Part shown: positions 60,340 through 64,000 of the stretch, one piece after another
Layout: each line of letters starts with the position of its first letter
Position numbering within the stretch: the stretch's first letter is position 1
The notes under the pieces: model-generated
Seen by the model: the letters and a program-made list of their open reading frames with translations, nothing else
Database searches by the model: none
Told to the model about the DNA's origin: nothing
NCBI GenBank assembly: GCA_965655095.1
Contig: OZ296652.1
Location: 88,908,001 to 88,972,000, forward strand
Source: Haplodiscus bocki
Taxonomy: Eukaryota
Direction of reading: 5' to 3'
DNA: 64,000 nucleotides
Position numbers and translations under genes: made by a program

Positions 60340-62330
60340 GTTTTATCTTTGGTGTGCCCTTTGCGCTCGTTTGTCTAGGACAAGGTTTTTGATACTTTTT
60401 TCTTGTCTAACTGAATTTTCACATTTTTCCCTTTTTTTCCTCAGAATTTTCCCTCCAAATAAATTACAATTCATTTTGCTGTTACATTCCTGAACTTGTT
60501 CAGTGTTTAAATAATATCCAGTATTTAGATGGTCTTCATATTCAGTTGTAATGTGTTTCATTTTACATATCTCACATTTTGTCTTTTTCTTGTGTAATTG
60601 GTAAATGTGTAATTGGTAAATGATGGAATTTTTTGTGGTAACCACTTTTTTTGAAGTAATTCAACAAGACCTACATTGCTTAGTACTATCCGATTGTTTT
60701 ATCATTCCTCGTGTTACAATCTTTTAGAAATGACAAAAAGGTTCAGATTTCTTTCTATTTAAAATTTGTTTTACTACATTGTGTTGATATTCCTATAATT
60801 TGCTCATTCAAAAAAATAACATAAATTATTAACCAAAAGTTTCAAAAATTACAGAAAACAATAAAACCCAGTACTTTTCTTTCTCACATCCTCCCTATGT
60901 TTGCTTCGTGAACAATCAGAATTACCGAGAAATTTTTTAATTATTATTCATGGTGGGCATAACTTTTGCAAGTATTATAACAAAAATCACTATTTGATTT
61001 ATAATATGAACTCTTTTCTAAACTTGATTTTTGTTCACTATCATAAAAAAATATGTAGATATTATACAAGGCTTTCTAATACATCGTCGTCTTTCAATAT
61101 CCTTAAAAACTCAAATGGAAACATACAGTTGAGATAAAAATTTCCACTAGTATGTTTTAGTAGATTTATTTTAATACTTTTTCTTTTATGTGTTTCACTT
61201 TTTTCGTCATCTTTGTTATAAAATTCAATTCCTTCACAAATCTTACAAAATAATTGTCGATATCTTCACATGTGTTTTCTTTTTAAGCAACTTCAAATAT
61301 AATTTTTCCAACTCACATCATTTGTACTTGAAAAAGGTTCTTTTCAAATTAATTTTTGTTGTTATGTTAGTGCAACGAATATTTCACTTAGTCAACACTT
61401 CTATATTTTTTAAACAATGTTTTTCGATGAAACATGAGTTTTTATTTTTTTATCAATATTTGTCTTACATATATCACAAGAACAATTATGAGGATCTGTA
61501 CAATAACATTCTGAGTAAATTTTGATTATTCTAGTATGATTTAATGAGTAGTCATGGTAACTTTCTTTATGAGTATATGTACCACGATATTTGCAAAAAC
61601 TCTGATTTTTTCAAAAATCTTTATTGAGATTTATGGTATGGTCTTTAAATGAAACGTGTTTTTTCGTATTTCTTGCAACTTCGTTACAAATTTTACAAAA
61701 AGATAATTTTTACATTCACATTATTCTTTCTGTTATAAAGTAATTGAGAATTTGGAAATCAAATAAGTTTGGATTAGGTTGCTTGAAATTATATTTAACT
61801 CTCAGTTCTCGTTTTTCATTTTCGATATAACAGTATGGTGTCATTTTTTCACTTAGAAGTTTCAATGGTTTTTTATGTGTTCTCGTTAGCTCATGTACCT
61901 CATTTAATTTTGTTATGAAGAATTTAGAAATCTCACTAAAGCGAAATTTATCAGGTTTCTTGTTGATATGATTATCACTGTCAAAAGTAGAATTAGTATG
62001 GTTTTCTAAATTGTTTTGCTTAATACAATTTTTACAACTAAGTTTGAGGTGACGTTCGTGACTTTTGCCTTCTGTGTTATGTAATGTTTTTCATTTGCTA
62101 CACTCTATTTTTGTACTTGTTTTCAGTTAATGTTTACTGGATTTTATATGTTTAAAAAAAGTTTGCTCTTTCATTTTCTCTTCCACAAACACAACAAAAA
62201 ATCATGCTCATCTTTACAAACTTTACTTGATTCAAAATCAATTTCTTCAAAAATTTTGTCGTTTCGTGTTCTTGTTAATGATATCTTTTTCAATAGAACT
62301 TCATTGTACCTTACAGGAAAGTCTCTAAAT
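60340..62330 (-). mobile_element. Very AT-rich decayed coding region with C2H2-like zinc-finger fragments, probably part of the same Polinton-like element
   Basis: KCEICKMKHITTEYEDHLN (ORF 60343-60645). Manual translation near 62130-62210 gives IFCCVCGRENES...KHIKSSKH. Lys/Asn-rich, on the same strand as the PolB remnant. Confidence 0.45.
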
Positions 62331-64000
62331 TAGAGTTTTTCGCAAACCAAAATTGTGCAGTCTCAAACGGCAGCTTCTGTATTTTTTACCTTTCGTTTCT
62401 CCTCTCCCCAATATCTTCATTTTCAAAAGCCTAATGTTAAATAACAACTCGATGCAATTACTGTTTAGCGTTAGGTGTAACGCGATAATGCTTCACTCAA
62501 ATTGCTAACAATTGTTTCCTGTGTAGGTCTGGGTGCACGGAAGGTCCGCGGGGAAGGAAATAAAAAGACATTCTGTGTTTTTATCGTCTCTTATAATTAG
62601 CTGCATTTGATATTTATGTCATAGAATATAGCATAATAACGGCTCCATAATACAACATATGCTATTTGCATATTGGTTTTTTGTAATGATATGTCCTTCA
62701 TGTTGGCTTGACACTTACTCTGTTTTTAGTTTGCTTAAAATTACATGAGAATTTGTACAGACCAATTGTTTTTCTTTCCGTTTCTTCAGAAAAACTTATC
62801 GAGCGAAAGAAATCAAAGGCTGAAATTTGTGTTTTCATTCGTACATTTTCTTCAGTTGTTTTGCGGAAGTGTATGCGAAACGTATTATATCCTCCGTTTC
62901 ATTTTTTCTGTTATTTTTCACTTGCCTTGTCTGCACGACTTGTCTAGTACGGACTTCTCATGGGGTACACGACCACTAGTGGTTGCTTGACGCTCCCAGT
63001 AGGCACGATGTTTGCTTCCCTGGTTGCATGAGCTGTATTTTAGCACAATCTACGCGTTACAAGACAAGTAGGAGAGGACTTGTTTTTCGGAGTAAAGTCT
63101 ACTGCAATCAAGTTCGGCAATATTGTTCATAAATATTTGGATCTGTTTCATGGGATTTCAGTCTCGGAGCTTTTTCTCTCGGGATGTCTGCCTCGGATGG
63201 GACCTTTTTATTACGCAGACTGGCATTGAAAATTAAAAATGCTATGCATTGTTATAAATTTATCGTACAAATTGCGAAAAAGGACTTAAAATTTTGCTAG
63301 GAATACGCTGGCGATAATTCCAAAAATGTGAACAGATGTTGCATTTTTCACATTGATTTAACTTTCGCTTCAAATGAACTTAATTCAACTCCTGATTTTT
63401 AGCAAAAGTATCACTGAATTTTAAATTTACTCGCGTCTACATGAAAGACTACTGAATATTTCCACCATTTTGAGCAATCATCAAATATTCTGGAAGGATT
63501 TCAAAAAGGGCCGGAAAATCACCGGAAAGTCGGACAACTTTTGCAATAGTAGTTACACAGATTTCAAACGAAGACCATTGTACAGTACTGTTTTAAAAGA
63601 AAGGAGCTCCTATGCAGAAATTGACCAACTTTAGACATCAATATCTCTGAAACTATTCGAAACGGTTAGTTTTGGTAGGAAGAAAAGTTTCTTAGATTTT
63701 TATTTAGTTTACAATCGTTTTTGTTTCAAAATTTTGTGACCAATACAGCAAAAATTAGAAATGGTCATTTTTGGACAATTTTAACAAAAATTCGTATATT
63801 TATAATATTTAAAGGCCTCAATAGAAATTTTTTAGAAACAATTTGTACGTAAATGTCCCCCTAAATATCTTGAAACCACTAATGTACTTCGTTTTCAAAA
63901 TTATTTCAAATTGCCCATAAAATTGCTGTTTTCGTACAATGAGTTTTGAAGTTACATGTTTCAAGATAGGTTTTACGATTTGTATTTTGAAAATTTGCGA

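Noticed and set aside
62440-64000. Possible LTR or MITE (AATAAA near 62559, palindrome ACCACTAGTGGT near 62971, MITE-like sequence after 63300)
   Set aside because: No paired termini, TSD or PBS is identifiable within the window.

Overview
AT-rich eukaryotic, repeat-dense (heterochromatin-like) DNA with no intact protein-coding gene that I can recognise. About 35 kb is one diverged macrosatellite in two blocks: ~720-11631 (about 14 units of ~786 bp) and ~33241-56932 (about 26 units, ~786 bp short and ~1015 bp long forms). The main observation is that the satellite monomer is a decayed SET-domain (lysine methyltransferase-like) gene on the minus strand. Long units carry all four SET motifs (LEVRES-G-GLGLF; VV-(D/G)YHG; VVIDAR-CxCH-GRYISH; IVFIA-RQIKVGDEIFWTYG). 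Short units arose by a shared ~230 bp deletion of the catalytic core. Between the blocks lies a decayed Helitron-like rolling-circle element on the minus strand (OTU protease, HUH Rep, PIF1 helicase, apparent C-terminal GIY-YIG nuclease, plus an unknown Cys-motif gene and an SGNH-like ORF). It contains a near-perfect 3865 bp tandem duplication with GCACTT microhomology. A LINE RT remnant lies at the left edge and a degraded Polinton/Maverick-type DNA polymerase B region at ~58.4-62.3 kb. All domain calls are by-eye motif recognition and need HMM confirmation.
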